Below are positions 61,957-64,000 of a stretch of DNA of 64,000 bases, piece after piece. Each line of letters starts with the position of its first letter. The stretch's first letter is position 1. A program made the translations under genes and the position numbers. Under the pieces are notes generated by a model. The model searched no databases. It was not told the origin of the DNA and worked only from the letters and a program-made list of their open reading frames with translations. The stretch comes from an uncultured Candidatus Peribacteria bacterium (lineage in GTDB: Bacteria; Patescibacteriota; Gracilibacteria; UBA1369; UBA12473): NCBI GenBank assembly GCA_964473745.1, contig CAYYQE010000002.1:5045-69044 (forward strand), in the 5' to 3' direction.

Positions 61957-64000
61957 ATGACAGAAATCCCAAAAGCCTACAACGCGAAGGATTATGAGCA
62001 AGCCATTTATAAAAAATGGGAGAAAAGTGGGGCCTTTATTCCCAAGATTGACCCTAAGAAAAAGCCTTTTACAATTTCTTTGCCACCACCCAACGCCACC
62101 GGGCAACTTCATTTAGGACACGCCATGATGTTGGCTATTGAGGATATTATGATTCGATATAATCGAATGAAAGGGAGGCCTAGCTTATGGCTCCCCGGGA
62201 CAGATCACGCCGCTATTGCCACTCAAAACAAGGTTGAAAAATTAATTGCGGAAGAGGGATTAGATCGGCACAGCATGGGACGCACTAAATTTTTATCGCG
62301 CGTTAAAAAATATGTCGCAGAGTCGCAAGACACTATTCGTGATCAAATTAGACAAATGGGAGCCTCTATAGATTGGACTCGCGAACGCTACACTATGGAT
62401 GAACAATTAACCCACGCCGTACGAGCCGCGTTTTTAAAGATGTACAAAGATGGGCTTATCTACCGTGGTCATCGCATTGTCAACTGGTGCACGCGCTGTG
62501 GATCCACTCTTGCTGACGACGAATTGGAATACCGGGAAGAAAAATCTAAGTTTTATTACTTAAAATACGGACCAGTTGTAATTGGAACAGCTCGGCCAGA
62601 GACCAAATTTCACGACAAAATCATTATTGTTCACCCTAAAGATAAGCGCTACAAAGATTTAATTGGCAAAGAATTAGATGTGCCGTGGATTACCGGTACA
62701 GTCAAAGCCAAGTTTGTGGCCGATGAGTGCGCAGATATGGAAATGGGAAGTGGCGCTATGACCATCACGCCAGCGCATAGTTTTCTCGATTTTGATTTAG
62801 CACAAAAGTATGGGTTTGAAATCACCCAAATCATTAACGAAAAAGGAGAAATAACAGAGGCAGGAGGTCCAAATTTTGAGGGTCTACATGTTCTTGAGGC
62901 CCGCGAAAAAGTTGTTAAACAATTAGATAAAAAAGGCCTTTTAGACCATATCGACGAAGAATATGTTCACAATTTATCGTGCTGTTATCGCTGTGGAACT
63001 GCGGTAGAACCGCTTGTGTCTGAGCAATGGTTTATTGACGTTAACAAAAAAGTCCGCGGCAAAACTTTAAAAGAACGTTCGCTGGAGGCGGTTCGCAAAG
63101 GCGATATCGAAATCCTTCCCGACCGATTTAATAAAGTCTATTTTCACTGGATTGAAAATCTTCGGGATTGGTGTATTTCGCGGCAAATTTGGTGGGGACA
63201 CCGAATTCCGGTTTGGTCTTGCACCGATAAAACTTGCAAACACCATAAAGAACCGATTGTGAGCCTTAAAAATCCTGAAAAATGCCCTAAATGTAAAAAC
63301 CCCAAGCTCAAACAGGACCCTGATACGCTCGATACCTGGTTTTCCTCTGGGTTGTGGACTTTTTCTACGCTGGGGTGGCCAGAAAAAACCAAGGATTTTG
63401 AATATTTCCATCCAACATCGGTGCTAGAAACCGGTTATGACATTTTGTTTTTCTGGGTGGCCCGCATGATTTTAATGACCACTTATTTGTTAGATGAGGT
63501 GCCTTTTGAGACTGTTTATTTGCATGGGTTAATACGTGATAAGCAGGGCCGTAAAATGAGTAAATCTCTAGATAATGGCATCGACCCTCTCGATATGATT
63601 GATAAGTACGGTGCCGATTCCGTGCGTCTTAGTTTGGTTCTCGGTTCATCACCAGGTAACGATCTTCGTATTTATGAAGAAAAAATCGCTGGTTACCGTA
63701 ATTTTGTTAATAAGATTTGGAATAGCGCTCGCTATGTGCTTATGAATCTTGAAAAAGAAGACTTCCATACCGAAATCGATCCCAAAACACTTTCAAGCGC
63801 CGACAAATGGATTCTTCACCGATTAAATCAGGTCACCAAACAAGCCACCAAAAGTCTTGATAAATACAGCCTTTCCGAAGTTGGCTTGGGGATCTATAAC
63901 TTTTTCTGGAACGAATATTGTGATTGGTATCTCGAAATTAGCAAAATTCAACCGAATAAAGCCGTCTTAGCTCACGGTTTAAAAACCATTGTTAAGCTCT
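61957..64000 (+). CDS. valS: Valine--tRNA ligase, N-terminal about 680 aa (continues beyond window end)
   Basis: It is not in the ORF track because no stop is reached. I translated it by hand from ATG 61957: MTEIPKAYNAKDYEQAIYKKWEKSGAF...PPPNATGQLHLGHA (HIGH-type motif), WLPGTDHAAIATQ, and KMSKS (RKMSKSLDNG) near 63550. Confidence 0.92.
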   Translation, partial: MTEIPKAYNAKDYEQAIYKKWEKSGAFIPKIDPKKKPFTISLPPPNATGQLHLGHAMMLAIEDIMIRYNRMKGRPSLWLPGTDHAAIATQNKVEKLIAEEGLDRHSMGRTKFLSRVKKYVAESQDTIRDQIRQMGASIDWTRERYTMDEQLTHAVRAAFLKMYKDGLIYRGHRIVNWCTRCGSTLADDELEYREEKSKFYYLKYGPVVIGTARPETKFHDKIIIVHPKDKRYKDLIGKELDVPWITGTVKAKFVADECADMEMGSGAMTITPAHSFLDFDLAQKYGFEITQIINEKGEITEAGGPNFEGLHVLEAREKVVKQLDKKGLLDHIDEEYVHNLSCCYRCGTAVEPLVSEQWFIDVNKKVRGKTLKERSLEAVRKGDIEILPDRFNKVYFHWIENLRDWCISRQIWWGHRIPVWSCTDKTCKHHKEPIVSLKNPEKCPKCKNPKLKQDPDTLDTWFSSGLWTFSTLGWPEKTKDFEYFHPTSVLETGYDILFFWVARMILMTTYLLDEVPFETVYLHGLIRDKQGRKMSKSLDNGIDPLDMIDKYGADSVRLSLVLGSSPGNDLRIYEEKIAGYRNFVNKIWNSARYVLMNLEKEDFHTEIDPKTLSSADKWILHRLNQVTKQATKSLDKYSLSEVGLGIYNFFWNEYCDWYLEISKIQPNKAVLAHGLKTIVKL

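Noticed and set aside
1-64000. Alternative genetic code (UGA as a sense codon, as in Gracilibacteria/Absconditabacteria)
   Set aside because: TGA terminates conserved genes at the expected lengths, for example nadA at 60348-60350 and the small gene before dnaE at 57152-57154. All conserved proteins translate full-length with the standard code.
1-64000. CRISPR arrays, rRNA genes, transposases, integrases, prophage modules
   Set aside because: I found no regularly spaced direct repeats, no rRNA-like conserved blocks, and no DDE, tyrosine or serine recombinase motifs in any ORF. The foreign-looking island therefore has no visible mobility gene.

Overview
This is a gene-dense 64-kb bacterial window of low-to-moderate G+C. 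Hand-counted 60-nt lines in ordinary regions give about 30-43% G+C. The standard genetic code applies, since TGA terminates conserved genes at expected lengths. I support about 45 protein genes and 3 tRNAs (His-GTG, Arg-TCT, Leu-TAG, all with encoded CCA). I found no rRNA, CRISPR array, transposase or integrase.

Housekeeping backbone: tig, rplS, rnhB, infB, rmuC, a UvrD-type helicase fused to a Cas4/AddB-like nuclease, ylxR, rpsA, clpC, ruvB, purT, tsaE, aspS, dnaE, nadA-nadC and valS (partial at the window end).

Envelope content is prominent:
- three SLH-domain proteins, including a 2381-aa S-layer-like giant and an M23 peptidase
- a CsaB-like pyruvyl transferase
- a 3D/PG-binding wall protein
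- a VirD4/TraD-like ATPase
- a VKOR + thioredoxin-like lipoprotein + CcdA thiol-redox cluster

The style resembles a small-genome Patescibacteria/CPR-type organism: tight packing, giant orphan proteins, no Shine-Dalgarno motifs, and a sigma-region-4/HARE-HTH protein. That lineage call is inference only.

Most unusual observations:
1. A promoter-led operon on the minus strand (15425 to 5960) encodes 1605-aa, 115-aa and 1383-aa orphan proteins with internal duplications and no recognisable catalytic motifs.
2. Immediately downstream lies a sharply bounded high-G+C (about 67-73%) gene, with its own GGAG ribosome-binding site and GTG start, embedded in AT-rich DNA.
3. A family of GC-rich structured intergenic repeats occurs in three copies, with a compensatory base-pair change between copies.
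4. A 455-bp hairpin-rich non-coding spacer separates the helicase gene from rmuC.
5. A near-consensus CIRCE operator overlaps the clpC promoter.
6. The uridine phosphorylase is of the animal UPP1/UPP2 type.

All homology calls come from motif recognition by eye and need HMM/BLAST confirmation.
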